The notes under the pieces were generated by a model. The model worked only from the letters and a program-made list of their open reading frames with translations. It had not been told where the DNA came from and ran no database searches. A program made the translations under genes and the position numbers. Shown piece after piece: positions 15,127 to 29,157 of a DNA stretch of 64,000 nucleotides. Origin of the DNA: Lingula anatina (lineage: Eukaryota; Animalia; Brachiopoda); contig JBPQGU010000016.1 in assembly GCA_051362555.1 (NCBI GenBank), forward strand, positions 2,046,001 to 2,110,000, written 5' to 3'. Numbering within the stretch: the first letter of the stretch is position 1; every line of letters begins with the position of its first letter.

Positions 15127-15660
15127 TTCTTTTATGGCGCCTTACATTCTATCTCAAGGCGCCTTACAATAATGGCTAATATACTAAAATCATTAAAATG
15201 ACTACAATATTTTAATCATAAACTCTCATTGGAAACCATTTAAAATTTACACTACTAAAAATCAATCTTATTAAAAAAATAAAACATATATATATTAAAA
15301 TAAAATCTAAGAAATATAGACAGAATTAAAAATGTGGGTCTTTAAAAGAGATTTAAAATTGTCAAAGTCTTCTGTTTTCCTAATAAAATTTGGTAGACCA
15401 TTCCACACTTTTGGGGCGTAGATTATAAAAGCACGATCTCCATAACTTTTTAGGCACCCCTTCTCTAAAACAGAATGTTCTAAAATAAAATCATTCTCAG
15501 TATTAAAACGTGTGGACCGCCGTGGTAAGTTAAAACAGATAAGATCAGATAAATATAATGGTCCTTGTGAATGGATCGCCTTAAAAATAATACAGAGTAC
15601 TTTAAAATCAATCCTCTGCTTCACAGGCAGCCAGTGTAATTCTTTCAGAATGGGAATAGT
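15087..15660 (-). mobile_element. L2 LINE 3' fragment with (TTA)n tail
   Basis: IPILKELHWLPVKQRIDFKVL...YGDRAFIIYAPKVWNGLP...FKSLLKTHIF, followed by a 3' aggcgcctt...aaggcgcc stem-loop and a microsatellite tail. Confidence 0.85.
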
Positions 15661-16839
15661 ATCTTAATCTTTTGAGCTCCACGATTGTTGTCTAATTTTC
15701 ATTAAAAAAAAGTTTCACTGTTAGGCACCTCGAGAGACTGTGGTACAAAGAGACTTTTCAGTTATTATGAAGACATTGAAGATTTGCATTCATTGCAACT
15801 TGTATTCCTGAAGGCCCACCTCCAAAACATTATCAGTTTATTTTGTTCAAAGCGGATAAAAAAAACTTACCCATGGCTTTGGTCTTTTCAATGCAACCAC
15901 AGGATAGCGTTGGTACATTTTCTGCTCAATCGCAAGATAGTGAGCCTGGTCCCCAATTATTGGCAATATGTCGTACCAAAAGGAGGTCACTTCTGTGATC
16001 ATAAAGACCACATCCTTGCAGGGGTCCCATTGACACCGAGGTGGACTTGACCAAATCACTGAATGGAGAAAGTGGTGACATAACACTTTCTTCAGAGATT
16101 TTATCTGAAGCTAATTAAATTAACGAATAAAAAAGTAACTGCATGAAACATTAGTACTGTAGTGGAAAATGACAGAAATAAAATGACTGATATATGTCCA
16201 AAGAGATGCATGGACTTTTAATGAAATGTACAGAATTTACCACCACAGATCAATTGAGTCATCATTACATACAGGAAAACAATGCTTTTGACATTTTAAA
16301 TAGAAACCAAAATTTTATTCGTCATTATTTTTAAAAATAATTTCCAGCCAAAATGTAGTATGGCATTCTTGTGTGGAAAAAAGCAGACTTTCGAGAACTG
16401 AAGGAAGTTTTACTGTATTATGTAAGCATATATACCTTTGTCCACATTCAGCAAAATAGTCTCATCAGTCTTGAAAGGCTCATGGGATGTAGGGCCAGGC
16501 TGAAGGACTACAACAAGTCATATCCTGCTCCAGGGCTAAGCTTATGCCTTGAGAATTGATGAAGCATTTCGTGATGTTTCCTCCTTACATGCACTTAATA
16601 AGATTGCAAATTATTTTGTGGTGTAGGCCCATGCACCAATACAACAAGCCACTGCAAAGTTTTAGTCATGTTGATGGTTTCGAATAAAATGTTTGCTAAA
16701 AGGTTGATAACTGTGATTGGCAATTGCACTTAGACCACTGTGGAAGTGAAGAACCAAAAACTCAGACGTGGTGTAACTCGCATAGCCGCACGTCTCGCAT
16801 GAATGCGTTATAACCCGTTCATGGACCGTGGTCTAAATA

Positions 16840-16916
16840 AGATAGAGCCCTCGTCAGCGGGGGTTATGTGACATCCACATAAACCATATAACCCTCGCTG
16901 ACTCGGGGTCTATCTA
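16840..16916. mobile_element. Tiny fold-back element
   Basis: Imperfect palindrome agatagagccctcgtcagcgggggttat ... ataaccctcgctgactcggggtctatct. Confidence 0.5.
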
Positions 16917-18472
16917 TTACATATATTGCACTTGAAATTACCTGACATGGTGAAAAGGAGTGGAATATGGATTGCATTCATTACTGTAAACCCTAACACT
17001 ACAAATCCTTGCAATGTCCAGAAAAAAAATACACCCAAACAGTAATCATTTCGTTCAGAAAGTTTTACAAAAAGACGAATTGGTGGATAGTATATCCTAA
17101 AATTTAGTACCGAGATAAATACACCACAGCTCGTGACCAAAGCCTTTCGTTTTTTTTTTTTTTTTTTTTTTTTTTTCAATATAATTTATAACAATACTTT
17201 TGAAGTCCATAAATACTTAAAGATCAGTAGACTTTACATTGTTGAAATGTTAACATATTAGAAAAAAAACATAAAACTGCAGCCGATACATTTAGTTAAA
17301 TAATACATATTATTGATAAATTTGTACATATAAGAACTTACACTTACTTTTGAAAGGAATATCCCGAGCTCTTTTTTTAATCATCCTTTGACTCTATGCA
17401 GCATAAAATGAATTAGAGTATGTTCAATTCGTATGAAATCTTTTGTAGCTAACCCCCCCCCCTCCAAAGTTAAATAAATATTAACAATAAATACAATCGT
17501 ATAATCTAAATACAGACAGAGCTTAATATATGATAAGAAAGTATATTTATTTCCAAGTTGACTAGTGTCGGTTTGTGTTGGTGTTTATGAGTGTCTGTGT
17601 GCGTCTGAGTGTGCGCGTTAGTGTGTCTCTGTGTGTGCATAAAACTTATCCGGACCAGAGCAAATTTGATAAAGAATGAAAAAAAAACTGGCACAAAATG
17701 CGGACACACATATTAAGGGTGGAAAGGGCGTTAATACTACTTTCCAGATTCGTGCTAATAGCCTTTCCACCTAAATTGGTCTGAGGAAATCCAACGCAGA
17801 CATCATTAACCAGTTTCACTCATTTAATGTTGACTTCCTCAAGTACATTTTGACGATCCTTGGGGGTAAACACACTTTTTAACCTAAGTTTTTTAAAAAC
17901 TTTACTTCTTAATCAGATCATTTAACATCTTGAGACATTACACAACGTATTATGATTGCTCGCAAACATTAAATAAATGTATAACAAGAAGTAATGAAAG
18001 TACTTGTTAATTGTTTATTGCGTGTGTGTTTGTGTGTGTGCGCGCGTACGTGTTTGTGAGAGGGTCATGATCGTGAGTTTGAAAATTTCCTAACAGTGGC
18101 TATATATTTTATCATCACTGCACAAGAGTCATACATATAGTAGCCTATTTCATCGTATCATATATCTGTTTATACATAATATAAATTCCATAATATAAAT
18201 CTCCTTGAAGCTTGATATGCAGAACAAACTTATTTTCCTTCTTTGATATTGTTCCTATACGTATACCTACACAATACAACAGGTACATTGTAGTAGAGTT
18301 GTTTGGCAATGTATGCGCAACATACCAGCCTTTGTTTCAGTATAAAGTTGTTTTTTTTTTCCTTTGTGAATGCTCTCTCGCAATTCAATAAAATGGAAGT
18401 CGGAGGCGCTGCAAACATCTAGAGGTACATTTAGTGACAACAAATACATCAGTGTATACACATATTCGTGCA

Positions 18473-18593
<121 letters not shown>

Positions 18594-19657
18594 GTTTTGT
18601 TGTTTGTTTTTCTGATGTGACCATGCATTACACCTTTGAAGCCCTGGATTTTATATATCTTAATACAGGTATAATGATAACAGAACTTGAAATACTTAAC
18701 TTAAAAAGCAGAGCTATTTATGTAGAAATGGTAGGTTTTCAAAATATTTAAAAGCCAAGCAATTCAGACCCTTAAAGCGTCTCCACTCCAAAGTACCCAG
18801 GGAACGGTAAATGTCGTTTCAAAATTCCAATTTTAAATAATTATAATAATAATAATAAAGTATCATGAATGTCAAAATAAGAACGTGATATTTAACCATC
18901 ACCTTACGGCGTATTAAACTCATCGAGGAGATCAAAAGCTTCTTGGTGAGTATAATATGACGTTGAATGATAGTGACAGTCACTTAGCGTTACAGTGGAA
19001 GGCATGTGACTGTCACGTGACTACCATGGAAGTACAGCAGTTTATTAATTGGCCTTATTTAGAAGGTGCCATGCATCCTAGCGTCAAAGAAAATGTTGCT
19101 ATTCTGTATGCATCAGTTCAGTTGCATTGGACCAGGACGTGAACTATTGGCAACAGCAACAGTTACAGCATTTTTCACACCGATCCACCTAAAATAGGAA
19201 TATTTACAATTATGCCCATATTTCACACAGACCACGAATCACCAGGAATTGACAAATTTCAGGATTCGTGGTTGAATCGTAATCAGTTCGTGAAGTTCTT
19301 AACATATTCGTATATATTCGTAGTCGGTTCTTGCAATTCTTGATCAATCGGGTATTTGTGGCAAAAACTTTGATGCCCCTATTTCACACAGACCACGAAT
19401 CCCACGAATTACCAGGAATTGACAAATTTCAGGATACGTGGTTGAATCGTAATCTGTTCGTGAAGTTCTTAACAGATTCGTATAATCATAGTCAGTTCTT
19501 GCAATTCTTGATCAATCGGGAATTCGTGGCAACAAATTTGAGCTGTTCAAAATTTTGGCCACGAACTCCAAAAAAATCGAAGTGAATTTCTGGACAATAT
19601 TCGTGCGATTCCAGCCGAACCACACAAATATTTGTAACACTATCGCACCTGTATCGC

Positions 19658-19770
19658 TGTTGTGAGTTCTGCATTATTACGTTCAAGATTCCCTCGCCAA
19701 GTCACATGGTACCAGGTGTCATGCGACACCTGGCGTGACGCGTAAACAATACATAGACCAATACACTAGA
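19658..19770 (-). repeat. Gypsy 3' LTR
   Basis: Direct repeat of 29158-29270 with 10 mismatches in 113 bp (counted by eye); preceded on the minus strand by purine-rich ggtaaggaa. Confidence 0.9.
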
Positions 19771-20959
19771 TTCCTTACCATCGTTTTTTCAAAGCATGCT
19801 TATATATTAACCACTGATAATTGAAATTAAGTCTGAATCAATTACAATCGTTGAAATAACTTTAACAGACATACGGATTACACTTTATCAACAGCATCTT
19901 AGTCAACCGTTACTTTAAATGACAATGTTACATGTGTAATATGCATAACATCAGCACAGTTAATGATGATGAGATCTATTTTTGTGCATAGTTAATAATA
20001 ATTGTGCAAATACATTACATATTAACGGCACAAATAAATACATTATTTCCTTATAGCTAAGGCAACATGTTGTGTTAAACAGTGCATACTTTCAAGTCCC
20101 ATATTTTTTTTAATAAATGTACATGCATTACTGCATAAACGGCACATATGAACTTTACTATTTATGCTAAATCTGCATTATCAACATGGCACATATGCAC
20201 TTTAGTCATAAAATTCTACTGTGCATCTAAACAGCTTCAAATATATTTACAACTTACGAATGCCTTGATAAAGTGAACGACATAATTGTGTCACTTGTTT
20301 AAATGCAAAATTGAATGCTAATACAGGATCAGTATAATGTAACCTGGAATACCACCAGAAAATAATAATATATGTAAATAAGCTGTATTATTGCTGCAAC
20401 ACAAACAGTTTTACAATTGCTTAATATCGTTATATTTAGATATATATTATTTGAAAACACAATTATAATTGAACATGACATTTCATCACCAATGTCCAAT
20501 GTGTGTATGTAAAGCATGGTCAATGCTTGGCTCAAAGTCAATAGAGTTCACAGAAAATATCCCATTATTTCAGTAGATTGTCCTTGGCATAACGTATTGT
20601 AGTGGATATCGCTGTCACATCTGTTAATAATAACCTCATTAGTTCTGAGTCTTCCTCTCAACAATAACGTATTGGAGCTATAACTGTTCTGCCACTTCTC
20701 GTAACAACAGTGTCATTGACAGTTCTATCACTTTGTGGTTGGTCATCACCCATGTAAGTAGGAGTCACACATTTAGCTTTTGAGGGTTTAAGGGCCCCCT
20801 TCCCTTACAGGACTTTAAGTGATCATGGTGCACCACCACAACTTTTCTTTTTGCTTTCATCTTATACAAAATTGGAGAAAGCACCTCAATAATTTTGAAG
20901 GGACCGAGCCATACAGGCTGTAATATCTTTGAACGACCGGGTTTCGACGTGTTATTATA

Positions 20960-22613
20960 CAGACTTGACAATTAATATGGAATTTTTCCCCAAATAATTT
21001 TTCATTAGTTTTTTTCCTATTTTGCTGACTGATAAATGAGAATAAGGATTGAAATCGTGTTTTAATAACTTTTGATTATCTCTTTGATGTCATTGTGACA
21101 GCAGTTCATTAATGGAATTCGCCAGAGAAGCAAACAAAAACACATTGCCTTTTCTATGTCATATGACAACCATTAGAAGATTTATTTTGGATCTACATAT
21201 TTTCCAAATTATTGTTAGTAAAAGAGTTACACGCTCCACAAAGGACCCAGTGTCTAGTCATAGTAACGAGCGCTGTTAGGCCTGACCTCTTCTGGCTGCT
21301 ACCAGCGCTCTCAAGTGACAAGGCATTCCTTGGGATAGGTTTTTAGAGTTCAATCTGGAATAACATTCTAGGCATCGGTCAAAATCTGTCAAATTTGGTC
21401 CAGTTTTGTTGTAGGACATGTAGGCCATTGATTCGGCGAGCAATGCCCTACCCACATATTGTCTTTGTGGTTCAAATATGGCGATTTTGATGACCAAGGT
21501 AGCTGCTCATTCCCTTGGATCGGTAAGCAATCTGCTATTAAAAGTACTCTGTGTGAACCGGCAATCTCACCGTGCATAGTAAAATTGTTCCTAAGTTGCC
21601 CCGTATCAAATGATAGTCAAGTGGTTGCCAGAATATCCCTTTATTTGATCTGTTTCAGGTATTCGTCGATTACTTCCATTGGTGTTTTGGCACCAATGTG
21701 GTATCCACCCCAAATACTGACGCTGTTAATGACCTTAGTCACTTTAGACGCTGCGCCCGCCTCGTAATTGGCCTCATCTGGATGTCTGTGAACTCTGTTT
21801 TGACAAGTTGAGCACTACAGGTGAAATCTGACCTCAATAAAGAATGCAACGAGGTTTCAGTGTTCAAGCCAGAAACGGTCAAGGTCCCCAGTTTATTAGA
21901 GAAACATACAACGATGTTTTTTTCTGTTTACAGTGGGTTCCTCAGAGGTCGACTGGTATTCTAACCTGCTAAAACCAGTTTGGTGTTTGCTAAAGGCCTT
22001 GAAAATGCATTTTGGTGGCAATTTACCCATCATTCTGAAGGTACTGGGTGGTTTTTGTTTAGTTGCAACAGCATGTCCAGAAAGACAGTGGGTCCTTACC
22101 CTGGTGGTAAGATTTCAATACATTGGGTGTGGCCTCTGTGTAGGTACATCAGTCTGGGTATTACTCTTTAAAACTGTGCGGACCGTTCCGTTTGGAGCAA
22201 TTATCTGTCTGGCAATGTCTGTCTTTTTCTCGCCATTCTGCCACAGATTAACACATTTGTAAAGCACTGCATAGTTCATTTTACACACTGCAAAACCGAC
22301 CACTTGTATGCAAAATTTCAAATTATTCTATGCAGTAGTTGCCGACATATGGATACTTTTTTGACAGAACCATGCTTTGCCAAAGCCAAGCTTTGACCTG
22401 CCCAAAGGAGCACTACCCAATTAAAACACTGCATATTGCATAATGCAGCAGCGCAACAAACCCGGTATACCGTTAATTGGTAGCGACAGACCTGACTACA
22501 CACTTCTCCATTCACATATCTTATAAGAGATCGGAGTTTTTATTAAAAAAGAACGCATTTTTACCTAGGCATACCTTCGAAACTGAAATATTCCATATTA
22601 AATGTCAAGTTTG
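20960..22613 (-). mobile_element. Tc1/mariner transposon (degenerate) inserted in the Gypsy integrase
   Basis: ta|cagacttgacaattaatatggaat ... attccatattaaatgtcaagtttg|ta, with remnants such as LPWSSKSPYLN. Removing it brings the integrase GDLVY and NNTSKPGRSK segments together. Confidence 0.85.
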
Positions 22614-23154
22614 TACCTATATACACTAGGTCGCCCTTACAATATTGTGTCTGCCTCGCGTTTGCGTCATAATATGCTTTTTGTGTCTTTAAATTCTCGC
22701 TGAGACATTTTCTTGCCAACTCGTGAACGCTCTCTAGCTTTTCCTTTAATTGCATGGCATAGCTATTTGGTTAGATTGTAAACCAAACGTAAAATCAATG
22801 AACTGTCTAGTTTCCCTTCCAAACATCAACATGTTTGGGGTCAGATCTGTTTGTCTGTAAGGGACCGCCCTGATTGCGCTTGTAATAAAAGATAAATGCT
22901 CATCCCAACTGTTGTCCTGTCCTTCCAAATAACACCGTATACACTGCATGATAGTCCTATTCTGACGCTTCACAGCGCCATTTGAACACCACCTGTACGG
23001 ACTAGTTTGGGTTGTGTTAATAGACAGTAAACTGAAAACGTTATTCACTTGTTAAATTGGCACCCATGTCGGAATGTATGATGGTTGGACAACTAAACCT
23101 AGCAATGAAATTGTTCACCAATGTTTTTCTAACTGTATCTGCATTTTGATCCGG

Positions 23155-24474
23155 TGTAACATGAAAATCTGACTCCCATGAAAATCTGACTCCCCCCCCC
23201 CCATGAAAATTTGACTCCCCCTCCACAAAACTTCATAAATCTTTTTTTATTTGAGTATATGACTGTGATCTTGTAGTATGTAAAATGGAGGATACATTGG
23301 CACTTTTTTTAGTTTGCAGGGGAACATTTTCATGAAAAATAAGAAAATTTTAAATGTGCATTTTATCACCCAGTGACTCCCCTGTGAAAAAGCTATCTAT
23401 TTAATATTTGATGATCATTTCAAAATCTTTCCTTTACTTTTACTTTATGAAGATTATATTGAAAATATTTGAAAGTTTGATGGTAAAATATTGGGTGAAA
23501 ATACAAAAAGAAAAAAAAACATGAAAATAAGAAAATTAAAAATGTGCATTTTATCACCCAATAACTCCCCTCTAAAAAAGCTATCTATTTAATATTTGAT
23601 GATCATTTCAACACCTTTCCTTAAGTTTTACTTTATGAAGATTATATTGGAAATAAATGAAAGACTAGGGAAGTCAAAATCCTACGGGTACAAGAATGCA
23701 ATTTAATTTTATTATCCTTTTAAAATCACCAATCCCCATTTTTCATTCAGCCTTGGGAAAAATGGGAAAAACAACAGCAAATATAATGGGAGTCCATAGG
23801 AGTCCAAATCCCATGCATATGAAAATGAAGAATTTCATAAATTATTTTCATTTATTTTTACCCAGTATTTTACCATTCAAACTTTCATATATTTTCAATA
23901 TATTCTTCATGAAGTATCCTAAAAGAAAAGATGTCAGAATGATCATCAAATATCAAATAAATAGCTTTTTATAGGGGAGTCATTGGGTGTTAGAATACAC
24001 ATCCTTAATTTTTCTTATTTTTCATGTTTTTTTTCACCCAATTTTTTACCATCAAACTTTCAAATACTTTCAATGTATTCTTCATAAAGTATCCTCAAAG
24101 AAAAGATGTCAGAATGATAATCAAATATCAAATAAATAGCTTTTTCATATAGGAGTCCTTGGGTGGTAAAATATAAATCTTTAATTTTTTTTTTTTTATT
24201 TTTTCATGAAAATTTTCACCTGCAAATTAACAAATAGTGCCAACGTGTCCTCCATTATGCATACTACAAAATCATAGTCATTTACTCAAATTAATTGAGA
24301 TTTATGGATGTTTTTTGTTTGTTTGTTTGTTTGTTTGTTTGTTTGTTTGTTTGTTTGTTTGTTTTTTTTTTTTTTTGGGGGGGGGAGTCAAAATTTCATA
24401 GGGGGAGTCAGATTTTCATGATGAAAATCTGACTGGGGAGTCATATTTTAGGGGAGTCAGATTTTCATGGTACA
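23155..24474. mobile_element. Ginger1-like non-autonomous element
   Basis: ccgg|tgtaacatgaaaatctgactccc ... gggagtcagattttcatggtaca|ccgg. TGT..ACA termini with a CCGG duplication are characteristic of Ginger1. Removing it restores integrase KWVEVYPLPDQNA. Confidence 0.8.
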
Positions 24475-24575
24475 CCGGTAATGGATACACTTCCACCCAT
24501 TTAGTGAACTGACACACGACAACTAAAATGTACTCATTCCCTGCTTTACTGGGAGTAAGTTTCCTAAAATATCTA

Positions 24576-26236
24576 CAGGGTAACCACTTAGTATGGAATA
24601 TTATTTTTTGGCGAATAAATTTTCTACAAAATATTTAATTTCTCTCTAACTACTTTAAATCCAAAGCTGAGGTGTCACTCCATGTGTAGCCAGGTGTGTT
24701 ACCTAATAACCACACAACTCTCAAAACAATTGATGCATGCAGTTGCATGTTCTGTGGTCAGAAATGTGAGGGGTGGTCTTTTCGGCAATGTCTGCCCTTG
24801 TATAAAAACGCATGGGTTTGGTCAATCTTTGGAGCGTGTTTAGAGAAGCAACAAAGGGATCGCTCTGAAACTTGGCAGGTACCTTAGTGAAGATAGGGTT
24901 CGACAGCAAAGCAACGCAGCTTACTATGGGATTCTTGCTCTCAGAGAAAATGACCAGAAACGGACAGCCATTGCCAGGTAATTCAACATTTATCAGGAAC
25001 CGTTTGTGAAGTCCTCCAAAGAAATTCTGCAACAGGGGCAGCTACTCCAATACCTCGACCATGGTGTCCGCGTATCACATCAAGAAGACAGGATCGCCTT
25101 CTCCTTAGAGAATGCCGTGCTGGTCGTACAAAGACAACCAGTGTCCTCAGAAAAGAGAGGCAGAATGTCATTCAAACGCCCGTTTCAAGGTCCCACGTGA
25201 ACAAGAGATTTCTGCAAGCCGGTTATTTTGCACGAAGGCCAGTAGGGAAACCACTGGTAAAAGCAGGTCATATACAGCGACTTCTGCAAAAGGCTGTGGA
25301 CCACGTGCCTTTGCAGCCAAAACACTGGAATCACGTTGTTTTCAGTGATAAGGCCAGATAAGGATTTTTTAGGGTTGATCGTCGAATCCGTGTCCACCGA
25401 CGTGTACGAGGGGCATAAAACAATGATTGTGTACTGTCTAGGGTGCAAACAGGGGATGGTAACGTCTCTGTTTGGGGAGCATTTCATGTCGGTGCCCAGA
25501 ACCAGTTGTTTTTTCTAGGAGGCAACCTCATCCAGGATTCCTACAGATACATTCAAACAATGCTTCGATTGGTAAGATTCATCTTCAAGAACAACTTTGT
25601 GTACCAAGTCGACTGCGCAACCCCACATCGAGGCCGCAGAATCATTGTTTTTCTTCAAAACCAATGGGTTCAGCAACTGCCCTGGCCTGCAAACTCCCCG
25701 GTAATCAACCCAATTGAAAATCTGTGGGCGGAAGTAACTCAGAATTAATAGCTATGGTCCTCGGCCGGTAAATAGTGATAAACTGCGACAGGCAAATATC
25801 ACTGCGTGGAATGATATCCCCACCCAAACTCTAAAAAACGTGTCACAGGGTATGCCATGTAGGATGTGGGCTCTGCAAGCGGCTGCTGGAGGTCATACCC
25901 ACAATTACTGACTTTTCATGATTTACTGTAGTGAGTTCTTTGACTGTGTAACATATCACTGTCCAGAGGCTATCATTTTCTTTAATATCTTATCTAAAAT
26001 TTTATACTGACATCAAACTGTTGATATGGTTGATATGGTTTTCTGGGGGTGTTCCTTTCTTTTGAATGGCATCTTATGTCAGATTTAATATTATTGACCA
26101 AAATATCTCACAACAGAAGACTGGATGTTATTATCACTCAGTGACATACATTTTTAATGACTCAAGCCAAAAAATATTTAATCAGCACACAAAAATAACA
26201 GTGATAAAAAATGTTCCATATTAAGTAGCAACCCTG
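24576..26236 (+). mobile_element. Second Tc1 transposon (degenerate transposase) inserted in the Gypsy integrase
   Basis: ta|cagggtaaccacttagtatggaa ... ttccatattaagtagcaaccctg|ta; motifs VSVWGAF, YQVDCATPH and WPANSPVINPIENLW. Removing it restores ERVHIDILG. Confidence 0.88.
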
Positions 26237-26304
26237 TATGTGAACCCTCTCTAAAGGTGCACCGGTGTGGAAATTTTGCAATTCAGCTCTGAATTTCCTG
26301 CTTG

Positions 26305-26359
<55 letters not shown>

Positions 26360-26777
26360 GAGCTACACATGAATTGACATACAGTGTGCAGTCGGTAGTC
26401 ATTCCATACTAATTTTTTATTTTTTAGGTCATGCCAAAAGAGGGTTAAAAGAGCCTTTATCAAACCTGTTGTAATATAAAACACCATCTTTCATGGACAG
26501 CAAATTGAAGTTTGTCCATACAAATTTCACAGCTGTCGAGCATAGATGCAACCCCTCTTGAGAAGGACTTACATTTTCCTCAATCCAACCTATCACCTTT
26601 AATAAGTGAGGATCTTTTAATTGCGCTTCTCTGAGTTGACTTACTGTATACTTGGCAAACAATTCAACATTCCCAGTATTTTCCTTGTGTGGGTTTACGA
26701 CAGATGTAACAGTTTTCACGCTTCTTAGAGACAGGTGCCCTGTGTAATCGACATCTTTGTTAAATCTGTCCCACTCT

Positions 26778-28394
26778 TCATGAAGCCTGGTACAGTGGTG
26801 GCAGCCTCCACAAGGTAATTGTCACACCACAACCAGCTTCATAGTAATAACAGTCCTTGTGCTGAAGAGGAATGCCTGACAACGAATCAGCATTACTGTG
26901 TTTTTTACTCGATCTGTGCTGAATTTCTAAATCACACTGGGCCAATTCCTCCATCCACCTTGCTAAAACACCATTTAGCAATTTAAAACGCATGATCCAG
27001 TACTGTACTGCCGTACTGCCGAGTAAATCGGACTACTGCTAAAAGCTCCTTTTTAGTCGTGCAATAACGTTGACTAGGAGTGAGAGCAAAACTACCATAA
27101 CTAATGACCTTTTCAGCGTCATTTTGCATCTGTATGAGCTCAGCGCCAATACAAGTATCACTGGCGTCCGTGTCTAAAATAATTAAACAATCACTGTCTG
27201 GAAAACATAGCACGGGACTATGGACCAAAGCCTGTTTCAAGTCATTGAATGCAACTTCGTGTTCATGAGTCCAATTAAAAACACGTTTGTTTTTGGTCAA
27301 ATCATTAAGTATATCAGCAAAACATTTTATGTGACTTCTATGGTAATTAACTAGACCAAGGAATCTTTCCACGTCTTTCTTACATTTCGGACGTGGCCAA
27401 CGTTGAACTGCTTTCACACTGTCAGGGTTCGGAGCTATGCCACTCTCATCTACCAATTTACCCAAATAGAGAACACTCCTTTTGAGTAATGAACACTTGG
27501 ATGGTTTTAATTTCAATCGATTTTCTTTGAATCTATCCAACACCAGTGCAATATTGGCTATAGAATCATCAAAACTGTTCCCAAGCACAACAGCATCGTC
27601 CAAGTAAGCGATCACTTGTCTCCACGTCAAACCACGCAGAACGGAATTGACTGCTCGCATGAAAGTAGAAGGGATGTTAGTCAAACCAAACGGTAGTCGT
27701 TTAAACTCAAACAAACCGTACTTGGTCATAAAAGCGGTTTTAGGCCGGGAGCTTTCCTCAACTCCAACCTGATAATAAGCACAGATGATATCAAGAGTGC
27801 TGAAATACTGAGTGCCCGCTAAAACATCTAAGGATTCGTCTATCTGTGTAGTGGATACACATCCTTGACGGCCACTTTATTCAAAGCATGAAAATCTATG
27901 CAAAATCTCAAAGTGCCGTATTTCTTTCTCACTAAAACAGGAAGGGATGGCCATTCAAAACGAGAGGGTTGCACAATATCAGCGGCTAACATTTTATCTA
28001 ATGTAGCCTTTTCCTCTTGTTCAAAACCCAGAGGTGTACGTCTCAGTCTTTGTTTAATAGGCTTTGCTTCGTTGATATCAGTTATATGTTTAATCTTGGT
28101 AAAATGACTGATATCAAATTCAGATTTCAAAAAAACATTGGTATATTTTATCAAACGATTGCCTAATTTGAGAGACTGCTCAGTGAACAGATTCTCACTA
28201 GATCGTTTCCACAAATCAATCACGTGTTCAGGAATATTATTATCCACATCGTTAGAGTTCACATCAAGAGTGTTCACATCGATTTTTCCGAAACATTTCA
28301 TAAGGGTATCTACAACACTGTACAGGTGCATCCTTTCGTTAGGTGATAGTTTTACAAACTCGTCAAGGGCTTTACCTTCTAGTGAATTGATCAT
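26778..28394 (-). pseudogene. Gypsy gag remnant plus pol RT/RNase H, frameshifted
   Basis: PIKQRLRR, LRFCIDF, LPFGLTN, YLDD, LDTDAS, YCTTKKELLAVV and HSNADSLS. No protease motif is visible; gag joins directly to the pre-RT linker. Confidence 0.88.
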
Positions 28395-29141
28395 AATTTC
28401 GTAGATTTCTTTGACTCCCCATCCCTTGCTCTCGGCAATGCAACATAATTTTAAGTAATATGAATGAAGTTAGTGCTTCCATCATAGGATTGGAAAAGGG
28501 TGGACGGCTGGGGGCAGAAAATGTGTGACTCATTATAAATGGGGGATGACCTACCTGTTGGAGGTGGTTGCCGGTTTTTCGTCACTATACAGGGGAGTGT
28601 CCACTGGCCTTGACCTTTGCGTGGGGGTGAATCTGGGTACATCCTCAGAGAATTGTCGATGTGGCCCGCTCGGATCAGAATTCTGACACCCATAACGGTA
28701 CGCTGTCACGTTTGGGTCAGTGACAACTGGCTGCCCAGGTCTGGTACAAAATCAGGACTTGAACTTATTCGCTCAGTTAAACCATAAGATGAAGACTCCG
28801 TTGAAGTATCAGAGACAGGATGAGCATCGGCATCATGAGGATAATTTATCTCAATGTGTCCTTGCTGAGCATGAGTCAAGGGTGAAGCTAAATCTTCCAA
28901 ATAGGGATGGATTGTCACGTCTCATATATGAGATAAATTCTGTTTGAAATTTCTGCAATCCTTCTGTCATTTTATTAACATTTTCACACAGTCCTTCAAA
29001 TGTTGAGTTCAAGTGTCCAATTTCGTTTTCCATTCGTGTAATCCGTGTTTCCTCACAACTACTGTCAATTTCTTTTGAGCATAAAGGCTCCACCTTGTTG
29101 AAAATCGTAAAATAATAATTATTCAACGTGATAAAATGTGA

Positions 29142-29156
29142 CCATCCTTGTCGCCA
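29142..29156 (-). promoter_or_regulatory. Primer-binding site complementary to the tRNA-Ser(GCU) 3' end
   Basis: TGGCGACAAGGATGG versus the expected TGGCGACGAGGATGG (14/15), 1 nt from the LTR end. Confidence 0.75.
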
Positions 29157-29157
29157 T

